From the NCBI GenBank assembly GCA_001642005.1, contig LWCA01000098.1, positions 1 through 55,780 on the forward strand: 55,780 bases of DNA, in the 5' to 3' direction. Positions within the stretch are counted from its first letter, which is position 1; each line of letters opens with the position of its first letter. Under the pieces are notes generated by a model. The model worked only from the letters and a program-made list of their open reading frames with translations. It did not search any database and was not told where the DNA came from. The stretch comes from Intoshia linei. Taxonomy: Eukaryota > Animalia > Orthonectida. The translations under genes and the position numbers were made by a program. This document shows positions 40,047 to 53,773 of this stretch, piece after piece.

Positions 40047-43000
40047 ATGGTGGAAACTATTGCAGAAAATGTACAAAATGAAGACCAAGCACTTTTTTTA
40101 ATAAAGCGTAACAGAGAAATAAATTTAACATGTGAAAAAAGGTAGTTAAGTCTCTTTTACTTTTTTAATAAATGCATCTATTAAAAATTATTTTAGCGTA
40201 AAGAAATTGATGGAAAAATTAAAAATTCGGGACGAAGAGCTTAATTTGACAAATGAAAAATTATCAGAGATTACTAATGATTTTGTGTTCAATTACAATA
40301 TAATTAAATTAAAAGACGAACAAATAATTCTATTTTCAAAAAAATTGCAGGGTATATTAAATTTTATTAATTTACGTGGCATACGATTTATTTTAATAGA
40401 GCTAATTTATAATAAAAATGGCAGTGATCATCTTATTAATCAATACAAAACAAATTTGAATAATGTGTTTCAAATGTTTGAACATGAAAAAGAAAAAAAC
40501 AGAAATTTAAACCAAAAATGTACATCCCTTGAAAACCAGGACAAGTCTAAAACAGTTAATTATAAAATGTAATTGTTTCATATTATTTTTTTTATTTTTT
40601 ATTAGAATCAAAAATTTATTTAAAGATGCAATACACAATGTTATACAAAGCCATGAAAATCTATTTCATATTAATATCAATAAAATTGGTAAGTTGATAA
40701 AATAAAATTAAATATAATAGGGCAATCCGTGTCGGTCAACGGGCTCACCAGCAAAGTTGAAATGATCAAACTATAATGTTTATATATTTTAATTTAGACC
40801 TAAAGTCACAACACTGTTATGAGTAAAATCCCTTGCGAGTTTTACATATTATAATCACTAAATATCTTAAGGGTTAAACGTGTATAATGAATGAGAAAAT
40901 TAATTTTTTAACTGACTTGTTAGTATAAAAACTAGTACTAATAATTACGAATTTTTCCAACAGCTTACTGGTTGTCGACCCTTTAAATATATATTAGTTT
41001 TTAAAAAGATTTTGATAATTGTGATTCCATCATGTCCATTTAGGGTTATTCTTAAAAGACTGTGATTTGAGCCCTTCAAGGTAAAAAACCCCAATTATCC
41101 TTTTTTTAAAGAAAAAAAATCCTAGAACTTAAAAAATCACATTGAATACAGCTTTTTTCAGTTAAAATACATAAAAAGTTTCAATGTTAACTTAAGTATT
41201 CATGTTTAAAAGAGCAATTTACTATTTACCCTTTAAAAAATTTGAAATAAATAATTGTCCTATAATATAAAAATAAAAAATTGTCTTGACACGTTTGGGA
41301 ACCACTATTTTAAAGGATTGGTAATAGTGAATAGTACCATTTTTATGTAAGATTTAATTTTTTTGGTAAAATAAAAAAATTCTGGCCTCGGCAGAGCTAG
41401 GTGCTCTTTGTATAAAGTACAAAACAGTCAAGCTAGTATTCTGTAAAATTCAATGTTTGTAAATACCAAAAATATTTAACACTCCTGAACTAATTCACAT
41501 CCTTAAACAATACACAAATTAACTTGTAAATTATTTAGATAATTTAAACTGTGATAAAATCGAAGACAAATTAATAAAAATGACTGAAACCGTATCAAAA
41601 TTAAAAATAGAAAGAGAATTTTTTAAACAAGAGTTATTATTTGTCAAAGAAAATCGATCAGAAATTTCAATTGAAAATTTAAATATTTTGCAACAATTGA
41701 ATGAATTAAAAATACTAAATGATGAGAATAAAGAGAATGAAATCCATTACCTTGAAAGGTTAGAATTAGCATATACTTTAAACTGTAAAAGCAAAAATTG
41801 TTTGCAAGGTTCCTCAAATTATTTTAAATGAATGCTTAATGTTTAAAACTGAGTTTATATAATGATGAGTTGTGTAATTTTAATAAAAAAATATACTTAA
41901 AAGTGTAACAAAAATATATATTTAAATATCGTACATTTTAATGTTTAGAATAAAAAATTTTGAAAATAGTGACATAGAAAAGAACTTAAAAATAAGTAAC
42001 TTGGAGAAAATGAGAAAAAAATCTGAAAAAAATATAGAAAAATATAATAAAAAGCAGAATAATTACAAACTATCTTTAAATCGATATAAACAATTGGAAT
42101 CTAAATCAAATGATCTTATCAACGCCCACAGTATTTTGTCTGAAAAATATAAATTTGAAAAAAAAAGAGTTAATCTAATTTCTGAACATCATGCAGGAAA
42201 ATTAACTTTTTATGAAAACCGAGATAGTTCCTCAAATGGAAAAATTTCAACGATGGAAGATAAAATTATTCATTTGGAAAATGAAAAGTTAAAGTAAATT
42301 TATACATATTGTATGTATATATAATGATAATTTTTTATCATTAGATATTCTTGTGAATTAAATTTATTATCAAATCAAAATACAATTTTATTGAAAGAAA
42401 AGAATAATATTTATAATAAAATGAATAATTTAATAAAACATAACCAAAAAATATTGCAAAACAATGAAAAATTAAAATTTGAAAATGATAAAGTAATTTA
42501 TTGATATTATTTCAAATATTTAAATTTTGAATTCTGAATTTAGAATCAAAACATTATTTTAAATTTAACAAATTCTTTGGAAGCCTGTAAAAATATAAAT
42601 ATACAGTCTCAATACCCTGATAATTCAAATTTTGTATTAAATCTTCAATGTGAAAATCAAAAATTATTACAGGCGGTTAATAATATGCGATCAGAAATTC
42701 AAAATATTCAAAATAAAAAAAATTCAGAAATGAAAATGGAAAGTGGTATATTTTGAAAAAAATATTACTTATATTACATATTTTACGTACTCATTTTCAA
42801 ACATTGATTTTATCATGTTAGATTCAAATATCTATGAAGATTCAATGAAAAATAATGTCAAAATACTCAATGCCAGGATAAGTAAAATATAAAAATTTAA
42901 ACTAATTTATTTTTATTTGTGTTAAGTTATGTTAGAAAACTTAACAATAGAAAAGGATACTTTGATTAGGAAATTACAAATAAAATATGATTCATTAGAA

Positions 43001-44088
43001 AATAAAATGTTAAAGTTGGAATCAGAGGTGATAAAAATTTAAAAATTGCATTATTATAACCTAATTCATGAATCATGATCAACGGTTGGTATATTTTTTT
43101 GTAGCATAGAAATTATGCTAATTATTTGGGTCTTTATAAAGTATTCACAGAATAAATTTATAACAATTAATGTATTTCAAAACGATTACCAAATATATTG
43201 ACTGTACTTGATTAATTTTTAAAAAATGAAAATATTTGAAATTTATTTTTTATTTAAATGGTTCTAAAAATTTTTAAAAATAATTAGTTTGTGCGAGTAG
43301 TCAACTCAAAACCAAACATATTTTAAAAATAAATCTTTAATATGTTCATTATTTTAATTTAAAATACCGTTACACTACATAACAAATAATTATTCTGTAA
43401 TTCAATTGATTATTTATTTAGCCGTGTAAAACAGGCTTTGAGTTGGATCATCTATCATATAAATTACAAAAACAAGAAAAAAGAAAAAACGATGATATAG
43501 CCAGATTAGTAAAGAAATTGGAAGACACAGAAGTTGATTTAAAACAAACTAGACAAGAATGTGATGAATATTACAGAGTATACTTACAACAACAATCCGA
43601 AATTTTGTCATTGCGAAACGAAGTAACAAAAAATAATATAAAAATTAAACGAACATTGTTCATGAACATTAAGTATTTAATATATTTTGATTTTTTTAGG
43701 TTTCTAGTAAAACAATGCTTAGCGCTAAATACAACAACCAAGGTTTTACAGAAAAGGTAAGATTTTATTTATATTTAATTATTTTTGATTAATAATATAT
43801 AAACAATAATTAGGGAATGAAAATAAAACAATTGGAATTGCATAATAAAATTTTAAAAGATAAGCTACTTTTAAAATCAAAATTTCAAAATACAACCATG
43901 CCAAATATAAATTTAACCAATACAAATGATATGACAAATAAACATAAATCTTTCAAGAAAAAAATAAAATTCAAAGGTAATATAATTTTTAAGAAATATA
44001 CATTGGTTTAGAAAGTGGAAATGATACAGAAAAATCAATGATTAGTATACCAGAATTTAGTTCTGGTATTTTCGATCCTCTAAATTAA
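40047..44088 (+). CDS. Coiled-coil protein, CCDC57-like
   Basis: N-terminus LIKRNREIN..KLSEITNDFVFNYNIIKLKDEQI resembles the CCDC57 DFxYNL..RD.EL motif. About 14 coiled-coil exons with short introns end at ..GIFDPLN*. Confidence 0.7.
41040..41437 (+). mobile_element. Non-autonomous Helitron-like element (5' limit approximate)
   Basis: Ends with hairpin TTTGTATAAAGTACAAA followed by ..AAGCTAGT. Related copies at 18520-18643, 25550-25721 and 44470-44945 (inverted). Confidence 0.65.
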
Positions 44089-44197
44089 AAAAACTGCAAA
44101 TTGTATGGTACCTTGGAACATGTAAAAAATTATACATTAATTGTATTTATTGATTACAAAATACAATTACACAATGAAATACTAAAGTCTTATCCAT

Positions 44198-47100
44198 TTA
44201 CTTTGCCAATTGAGTAGACTAAATCAAATATTACATAAAAATTTTTCAATACTATTCATATCTAACAAATTGGCACCTCTAATATGCATTCTTCGGAAAT
44301 GTTGAGAGGGTTAAAGGTCAAATCAAGGGGTGTGTTTATATACATTTATATCTATATTATTATTAATTTACAAGATTATAAAATGTTTCCAGAATTTTAT
44401 TATTAGTGTAAGTCCAAGCATTTGGTAGTGTACAATCCTAAAATATAAATACATTGTAAATTATACATTACTGGAATGATTGTTTTGTACTTCGTACAAA
44501 CAGCACCTAGTTTTGATGAGGACGAAATTTATGAATTTTACCAAATAATAAAATCTTACATAAAAATAGCACTATTCACTATTACCAATCCTTTAAATGG
44601 GTGGTTGTCAAACGTGTGAAGACAATTGTTTATTTTTAAATTCTAAGATAATTAATTATTTCTGTTATTTTTGGTTTTAATGAAATCATTTCCAAAAAAA
44701 GGGTTAAAAGTAAATTGATTTTTTGAACATAAAACTTAACTTAACATTTCTTAACAACTTATTCTTATTTAACTTAACAAATTTTTACATATTTTATTTG
44801 GAAAAAGTTGTATTAAATGTAATTTTATTTTAAGTTCTCGGACTTGTTTAATTTTTAAAAAAAATAGTAATAAGGGTTTGTGATAATGAAGGACTCAATT
44901 TCTGAAAATGAAAATGAAATTTGCGATGAAAACTCACCAACGAAAAACTAATTTGAAATTTGTGTTTATTAAAATTCTAGGCCTCTTAATTATTGAAATA
45001 TAGGATAAGACACACAGACAAATAGTTTTATACCAGTCAAGATATTTAAATTATAATATTTATTTTATATTATACTGTAAATTAAATTACCATAAAAATT
45101 TCGTTGCTGATAATTGAATCAAATTTTTTATATAGAGAATCTTGATTGTTATTAGGAATCATAGAATTATTGGTATCATAATGAGTTGCCACAATTAAAA
45201 TTGGAATATCAGTATTAAAAATTTGAATATCTAGTTGATCTCTAAAATGTTAATAAATTTAATCAGCAAACAAATGTACATTCCAAATCTAAATTTACAA
45301 TATTATGTAACACATGATGTGTTACCCATTCCTATATACCAGGGGTGTTAATTATGCGGCCCCCGATTATGGAATCTGCGTCCCGCGTTATAATATAAAT
45401 TTTTATTTTTTACACATATTTCTTATTTTACAGTTTTTTCATATATTTTTCATGATTTATTCATTATTACAATTTTAACATTATTTTTACACTTATTCCA
45501 TTTTTATTATTTCATAGTTCATTTTATGAATTAAAATTATTATAAATTAATTAAATCTGTTAGTTTTAGCATAATTTTTTGAGTAAAGATTTTTTTTATG
45601 CGGCCCGAGTAATAATTTTTTTTCACATTTTGCCCGCCAAGCAAATTGAGTCTAACACCCCTGCTATATACTTTTGTCATATTTGACAGTAATTTACAAA
45701 TTAAAAATTACGTATCCTTTTTAAAGATAGGGTGTTGTTCGCTGAAAATTTCATATAACCAATTAATTAAATTTTCCTTGGATTTCTTGTTACAATGATC
45801 ATATACTAAAATTATACCTAAAAAATAAATTATATATAAAATAAATGATCATTTATTAACGTAAATTAACAATTTACTACATTAACAGTTTCAATAGAAT
45901 CGTGGTCCATCTGAACCCTGGAATATGAAAAATGTTAATTAAAATTTGGATGTATAAATTAGTAGTTAATAAGTGCAGTACGTTAATATGTTTTAAGTTT
46001 ATTATAAGCAGGAAATTTGAAAGAAACATGTGACCACCCAATTATAATTATACATTTTATACAGTATTTATTTTTTTAAATTACCGTGCGGCTTTTGATA
46101 AAATACTTTCCTACTCACTTTATGAGATGTGCATCCGCCAATATCATAAAAAGTTAAAATATATCTTTTTTTCTTATACTTTGGTGAATAGAACTACATT
46201 GTATTTGAAATATATTAAAATAAAAGGTAAATTTTGAAAATAACATTGTAAAATGCAGTTAAAAACGTTTACAATAGTAAACATGATAATCCTAGAATAA
46301 AATTTGGTCCAAAATAATTTTAGTTTTTGTCTGAAAAGTATTTCCTTTTCAAGACAAATTACACCCGACATTTTTTTCAGTAAACCAACATGAATTTACG
46401 AACCAAGTCTTACTCAAATTATTATACATGAAACTAGAATAAATTTATATACTTTAACATAAGATGAACAACCAATCGTCCAATCCAACTTTTTCACAGG
46501 CTCGTTGTGGCACAAATAATGGACTAATGATGTTTTGCCAGTTCCTATGATTTTATTATTACATTATTGTTTTTGTTTTAAATTTTAAAAAATAATTAAA
46601 ATATGATCAAAGGTACAAGTTTTTTTTCCAAGTATGAGCAACAAAATAATATGTTTACTATTTCATTATATTTTTTAGACGACTTATTTGTTTTATGCCC
46701 TTTAAAATTAAGAGTTTTGTTTATGGTTTGATTAAAATTTAGACCTGCTTCCTCGCAATTAAAAATATTTTATCTTGGTATACATTTTGCATATTGTTTC
46801 AAAATATTTCAAAATTGTCAAATAAATTAATATCAACAAAATTTGCATCACCTTTTAGTCACTAAAATTTAGTGATTAGTAAATTTATTCAATATTGTGT
46901 CTTTTTAAAATTATCGAACCATCCTGGCGACACTGCAAAATTTTATTCAACCTTTTTTCCGATATTTTCAGTGTAGCTTTTGTAACATTTTATTACTGAT
47001 TGTAAAGTTTAGATTTCGTCTGTATTCAACGATTCAAGTAATATGATTTTATATTTAAATGAATTTTGCTTAATTAACCGAGTTTAAACTGTTTATTGAT

Positions 47101-47581
47101 TTTGTTTATTTCTTCACCACCTTTAAGAATTTAAACTCTACCAACTATGATTTCATATTTATTTGGAATTTTTCTTTTGGATGTTGTAATATTTTCCTGA
47201 TTAAAGTCATAATATTCTAATATTTTGTTGTTTCTTAATATGATGATTCTTTCTTTATATTTTTTGCAACAGATAATAATAACCGTCAGACAAAATTGAT
47301 GCGACAATTTAAAAAAATTTAGTCAGAAACCTCCCAAAGAATGAATGGTAAGTTCTGCATTGGTTACTACAACCATAATCCGACAACACCATTTGGATGA
47401 ACAACAATGAACAAATAGTACATTGTCTTAAACCATCTAATCCACTTACATTACCAAATAGGCTATATATGCGTATTAATATTTAAAATATATGAAAAAT
47501 AAAAAAAATTGGTACTAAGTAAAAAAAAGATATATAACCTGAATCGCCAACGACAAGTATTTTTACTTTAATTTCATTCAT
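44198..47581 (-). CDS. RABL3: Rab-like protein 3 (last exon uncertain)
   Basis: MNEIKVKILVVGDS|GTGKTSLVHYLCHNEPVKKLDWTIGCS..|..FYDIGGCTSHKVSRKVFY..|GIILVYDHCNKKSKENLINWLYEI..|IPILIVATHYD..|DCT. Confidence 0.92.
44470..44945 (-). mobile_element. Inverted copy of the Helitron-like family in RABL3 intron
   Basis: Reverse complement of the 41040-41437 family; hairpin TGTTTTGTACTTCGTACAAACA. Confidence 0.65.
45340..45663. mobile_element. hAT MITE in RABL3 intron
   Basis: TIRs CAGGGGTGTTA / TAACACCCCTG; perfect TSD CTATATAC; close sister copy at 54866-55169. Confidence 0.9.
46740..47180 (-). mobile_element. Pogo/Tigger transposase remnant in RABL3 intron 1
   Basis: Decayed motifs KRKIP..ILKGGE, FAVSPGWFDNFKK, KGDANFVD and FNCEEAGL (compare F.aS.GW..FkkR, GEa.svd, FNcDEtGL). 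Confidence 0.7.
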
Positions 47582-47653
47582 AATATTGTTTCAATAAAGT
47601 TGTATTTATTTTGCGTGCTAATGAAGAAAATTAAATCCGAATTTTCGGAATCG

Positions 47654-50172
47654 ATGAATGATTCAAATAATGACAATATAAGCAATCTAAACATTAATAC
47701 AAAATATGCCAATAATTACGACAATTGGAGACGCAAAGAAGAATACCAAAAATGTATCAATATTAATATAGATATACATTAATTGCTTAGCTATCGATAA
47801 ATTTGGAAAATCTTTGGAAAATTCTGAAACCGAGTCATCATCTTCGGAAGAAGAAGTGAGTGAACGTGTTGAAAGAGGATGGTTAAAAGCATACACCGCA
47901 TTAAAAAATAAAAATAATGATATTTATGATGAAAATACAAAGTATTATTCTTCTTCAGAATCATCAGTTGAATCAAAAAAAATTAAAAAAAAGGTTGTAA
48001 ATTTAAATGATTTTGAACGTGATGTAATGATGAACAAAAAAGGAATTTATGTCGATGAAAATGTGAAAGGTGCGTATTTTGAAGAACAAGAAAATTTAAA
48101 AAATGAACTAGTTAAAGAATCAAACAAAGTAGTTGACTCTGATTCAGATTCATTATTTACGATAAATAAAAATAAACGTAAAACTGATGAAATTAAATTA
48201 AGTAAAAATGAACAATTTTTGTATGACTATTTACTGAAACCAGCAAATGTTGCACTTGTCGACAAAATCTGTGATATTGACGACGATTGGGTTAAAAATG
48301 AAGTAATGCTTGATAAAGAGGAAGAATTTGAAGAAAAATTTAATTACCGACACGAGGAAAAAGATTTTGACAATATTAAATCTTTTAATCGAAATTCTGA
48401 AAACACCATTAGATTTATAGATAATCAGTCTAGAAAAAACCAACGCGAACGTAAATTGGAACGAAAAAAACAAGACAATGATATGGACAAAGCAAAAAAA
48501 AATATTAAAACTTGGAAAAAACAAATTTACCTAGAAAAAATTGAAAAGATTAAAAAAGTTTCAAAAATTAAGGATACAACAGTGTTGGACGCTGAAGCTG
48601 AGTATTTGGAAGATGATTATGACCCTAAGAATCATAATCAATTCATGCAAGTAATTTTTATATTAATAGTATAATGTTTTATTTTATCCATTTTAGAAAA
48701 TATTTAATGATCAGTATTATCAAGATTCTACCGATTCAAAAAAACCTATTTTTTCTAGTGAAGATGAGTTCGAAGATGAACAAGACAAAAATTTAAAAAG
48801 TAAAAATTATTCTTATTACGTGCAAGATTTACAATATAAATCAGTGTTTCTCAACGGGTTAACCCTGACCCACTAGTGCGCCCAGCAAATATTATATGTG
48901 TCCAGCGACAAATTGAAAAAGAGCTATATACATTTACCATTATTTATTATACTATTTATTAATTTACTATTTAATAAGGGGGTCAGCTACGTTAGATTTT
49001 AATTAATTAATTTAATTTAATTATTATATTATTATTTATATATATTTATTTATTATTATAATTATTTAATTAATTTAATTAAAATTTAGTCAAAATACAT
49101 ATGCCAGATAGAGAAGTGAAATTAAAGGTTAAAAAAAACAAATTTGAATATCGACAGGTTTTAGCTTGCAATTTTGGATTGAGTTTAGAAGAGGTACATA
49201 AAATTTTATCAATAAATTATGTTTAGATTTTTGAAAGTCAAGATAAAGAATTAAATTCATGGTATCCTATCAAAAAGATAATGAAACATAGGTAAAATTA
49301 AATTGATATTATATATCTAATCTAAAAGAATCTAAAATATCAGGTTATCAGCCTTTTGTGTAGATTTCCCTTTAAATAAACACAAATGGAAAAGTCCATT
49401 TATTATTATTAATTACTATCTTGAATCTAGATTTTCTAATATTTGTCATTAGGGTATTCACTTTTGATGCTTTTATAAACTTACAAAAAACAATTTTGCA
49501 CCTCGTTGCCTTTTTTCATTTTAAAAACGTATTCAAAAATATTTTAAATCGGTTAATATTTACCCTCGCCCAAATACAATTATTGAAATTACAATTCAAT
49601 TTTTGTAATAAAAAAAGCGAGGTTAATATAAAACAACTCTATTTGAAGTATTATCAGCTTTACTTTGATTTTTGTTGTTCTAGTGTTTTCTGTGGGTTTA
49701 CCAAGTTTTTTTGTGTATTTTTTTAATGTCAGTTCTAACTCATTATTTTTAATTGCATTGATACATTTGAACCGATAATTACAATTTTCCCATATATTAT
49801 TTAATACATAATATTAATGATATTCTAATCCAGGAGTGAAATTGAAGAAAAAAAAGAATCTAAACGAATGAAAAAATTGTCTAAAAACAATTTGTTAAAG
49901 AATCGTCTTTTACCAAGTTTGACAGAGTAATTTATGTTTTATTTACCTTTTATGTTAAATTTAGAAATGATGAGGATATTACCAACCTTGCTGAAAAGTC
50001 TACAAATGAAAATATAAAAATTTCTAAATATAATACTGAAATTATTAAACACAAAATTAAAAACAAACGAATTGCTGCTTATGGTCTTGATACAGCTAAA
50101 ATAGGATCAAAGTTAAAGTCGCAAAGAAGAAAGGAAAAGTTTTTAAAAATTAAAGAATCTAAAGAAAAATAA
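47654..50172 (+). CDS. KRI1: KRI1 homolog (40S ribosome biogenesis)
   Basis: LNINTKYANNYDNWRRKEEYQKL..DKFG, EQFLYDYLL, EEEFEEKFNYRHEE..IKSFNR, DDYDPKNHNQFM, FEYRQVLACNFGLSLEE|IFESQDKELNSWYPIKK, RIAAYGL. Alternative in-frame ATG at 47621. Confidence 0.94.
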
Positions 50173-50546
50173 AGTACATGTATTTATAAATCAGTTTTTC
50201 TAATTTATCAACATTTTTATTTAATGATATTTGGTATAAATACAGGTATACATCAATTATGATGATGTTTCAATTTTTTTCATACCTTGGTTTCCTGTTA
50301 TAAAATATAACAGTTTATAAAATAATGGACTAATTAACAATTTTTAATACGTTTTGTACATTTTGTTTTCACAATAGTTTATCAATAGAAAGATTACAAG
50401 TAGTGATTATAAGGAATGTTGCATCATCGCATCACTACAATTAATTATGAATAATATTGTAGTTATAATTATTTCGAGATCTATAGTACAGATCGGGTAA
50501 TTTATATACATATATAAAATTTATATTCTATACATATACTCTATAT

Positions 50547-50884
50547 CAGGGGTCGGCAAACTTTTGCATCTCGTGGGCCACTTTTTTATGTAAAATAATT
50601 ATATGGCCACATTTTTGAAAATTTACACATGATCGATTTCAATTTTAACTAAAGAGAAACGTTTCTACATAGTAGTAGTATATTCACTAAAATAAAATCC
50701 CGGATAATTTGAAAATTCAGTATTCAAATGATTGTAATGAACCAATTATAGTAGAAAATGTTTAAAACGGTGTTTTTAAGTTGAAAAACTTAAAAATAAA
50801 TGTAATTTAATATTTAATCAAAAGACCACCAAAATTATTCTGGTGGCCACTATTGGTCCGCGGATTACTGATTGCCGATCCCTG
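50547..50884. mobile_element. hAT MITE
   Basis: TIRs CAGGGGTCGGCAA / TTGCCGATCCCTG; perfect TSD CTCTATAT. Confidence 0.9.
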
Positions 50885-51966
50885 CTCTATATAAACATTA
50901 ATAAATTTGCCATATTTAAGTATGATAGTTTAAAATACATATAATATTATATATCTATGTATATGATTTTTGTAATACTTACACGTTTGTAATTATGAAT
51001 ATTATGTCAAAGTGTTTCACTTTGCAGGTAAACCTCAGTGTAGAGCTACACATACATATCAGTTTAATCTACAATGTGAAGAAATCATTGAGGAAGAGTT
51101 TTTTAATATATAATTTTTGTTCGCAGTCAGATAATAAAAGGTACAGCTTCTGATTTCCAAGAAAATTCTTCATTATATATAAATATAATTTTTACGTTGT
51201 TATCTATTGTTGAAATACATTTACATTTTACGTCCATGGTGTATGTTATCATTTTTTTTATTCAGAAGCATTGTCATTCTTTTTTTAATATCAGAAGTCA
51301 TTCAGTTATAATTATAATAGTTTCGATGTCTTCAAAATTGCACAATTTAAAAGAATAATTATTAATTAACATTATAACACGGATGGTTGATTTAATATAT
51401 AGTCAAAACGTTGTTTCTAGTATAATAAATAGAGGACCCTCTATATTTTATTTTTCTTTTATATTGTAAATAGCTGTAAAACTTGAAAAAACTCGATTCA
51501 TTATAATGAATCGAATAATTATTATTTATAAATACTGTGTGTTAAAATATATTTATTATTATTATTATTGAGTGATATCATTGTATGAACGATTTTAATA
51601 ACTTAATTAATTTTAGTTTTAGAATAATTTTGAAAATAAAATCACAATTAAAATTGAGCATATTTTTATTTAAAAGTGAGTTTTGAAAAAAGTAATTAAA
51701 ATTTTAATATTAATACATATATTTTAAAACAAGTAATTACTCAAAAATGTCAATAATACAATTCATTCAAGTAGAACAGAATGTCTGAATCATGCACTCT
51801 AATTAGTCTTAGAATATATTGAATGAAAACTGATACATATTGTTATACATGATTGTAGTCAAATAATTATAAAGTATAAAAGCTAAATGGACCAACATTT
51901 AATTTGTTTTATGTCTAAAATTACACATATTGACTACAAGAGGAAGTAAATTATCACATTTATTTA

Positions 51967-53526
51967 ATGGATAACGGATCTGATCAATCAGTGGAACCAG
52001 ATTTATATGTATGCTTATCTAAATTAAATTATACTTATACTCATCTAAATACATTCTTCTTGATCCGTATAAACTTTGAAATTTTTGGATACAGCGTTAT
52101 TTATATGATTTGTTAAAAACTATGACATAACTGTCAACAACTCCTGAAATAAAACCTCAATATTTTGGGGGTTAATTTATTCATCATGCTCAATTGTACA
52201 CCCACTAGTACGATCCAGTTCAACTTTAAGTAATATTTATGAATGCACATTGAGCGCCTAGTAACTTAATTTTTGTAGGTTTCATGAGATAAAGGACATG
52301 GCATGACTTGCAACATTTTGTATATCAGAAATAATATAATAAAATTTTTTTAACTAAACATTGGCCCTAATTAATTTCTTATGCAATTTTTGTTGATCAT
52401 TTGAATATTTGTTATTACATTAATTTGTTCAGCTTGAAATAATAATAAATAAATTATTTAGTCTAATCAATTCACGGATAGAGAAATAATAGGTTACTTT
52501 ACCTCTAAATATATAATTAGTATAAATTTAGAATTTCGCCAAGTTTTTGAATATTTTGATGATGACGGTTCTGGTTCAATCAGTTGTGATGAACTATTTA
52601 AAATACTTAAAAAGCTTGGAATTAAACGAACTAAACAAGAAGTTGACCAAATGATCAACGAAATTGACATTGATGGTTAGAAATTTATTATAATTAAGAA
52701 TTAATGTATGAATTGACTTAATTGATAAATAAATAATAGGAAATGGAGAAATCGATTTTAATGAATTTTTGGCCATGTTATCAAAAAAGGATGAAGAAGT
52801 TGAAATGACAAAGCGTGATATTTTTGATGTCATTGACAATGATAAAGATTCTTTTATCGGACAGGATGATTTGCTAGTCTATTTTAAAAAAATTGGAATT
52901 AAAAATGTTACCCAAAGAGAAATTATTATATTCATTCGGCTTGCTGATAAGGATAATGATGGGAAACTTAACTATGATGGTATGTTATTAAAAGTAGATA
53001 TTAGGGTAATTGAATTATGAATAATAAATTAATTGATTACTTTTGTGTGCATCTTTTAAAAAATTGGTTATTTTGTTAAAATATTACTCAAAACCCCGTT
53101 AATACACGGTTTAAGTTAGGTTAGTAAAAATTAGATACATAATATTTATAAAACAATGACATGATGAATTATTAGAAAAAAAATGAATAGTTGACTACTT
53201 AATCACGGACCAATGAATTTCAATGGTCGTTATATTCCCAAAAACGTAATACGTTAAATAAAATAAACCCTGAAGGTGTTAATTTGCAAATTGACATTTT
53301 TCTTTACGTTAATGGAATAAATGTAATATCTGCCATTTTTTAAATTTTAAAAAAAGGGTAACTGGCACCATGACTGTTGTAACAGTCAGATTTTTTTTAA
53401 GTAATATTTCATGGCGCAAAATCTTGCATCCACTAGAATTATATTTTGAAAAAAATTAATTATAATTTAGAGTTTTTCAACAAAATCAACCAAAAATTTT
53501 TGGATCGGGATGAATCTAGTCAATAA
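51967..53526 (+). CDS. Calmodulin/troponin C-like four-EF-hand protein (divergent)
   Basis: Exons join to MDNGSDQSVEPDLY|SNQFTDREII|EFRQVFEYFDDDGSGSISCDEL..DID|GNGEIDFNEF..DNDKDSFIGQDDL..DKDNDGKLNYD|EFFNKINQKFLDRDESSQ*. Confidence 0.88.
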
Positions 53527-53773
53527 AATTTTCTCTTAAAAAATTTTTATTGAAAAATGTTAATAAGGAAAAATAGAAACATCAATTTTAATTTCATTTT
53601 GGAAATTTCACCGATTATGAAGAATATTTTAAAAACTCATTTTACATATATAAAGAGTCAGAATGACTGAGTGAGAATATCTAGTATTATAGTAGATAAA
53701 ATGAATAAATACAAACAAGTAATACAATTAAAAGTTAAAATTTAATGTATAATTTAAACCATATTATGCAATA

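Noticed and set aside
48997-49084. Imperfect pure-AT palindrome in KRI1 intron
   Set aside because: Low-complexity AT sequence is self-complementary by chance.
50230-51340. Possible small minus-strand gene between KRI1 and the EF-hand gene that would complete the strand alternation
   Set aside because: Short open stretches and splice-like sites exist, but I could not assemble a consistent or recognisable protein.
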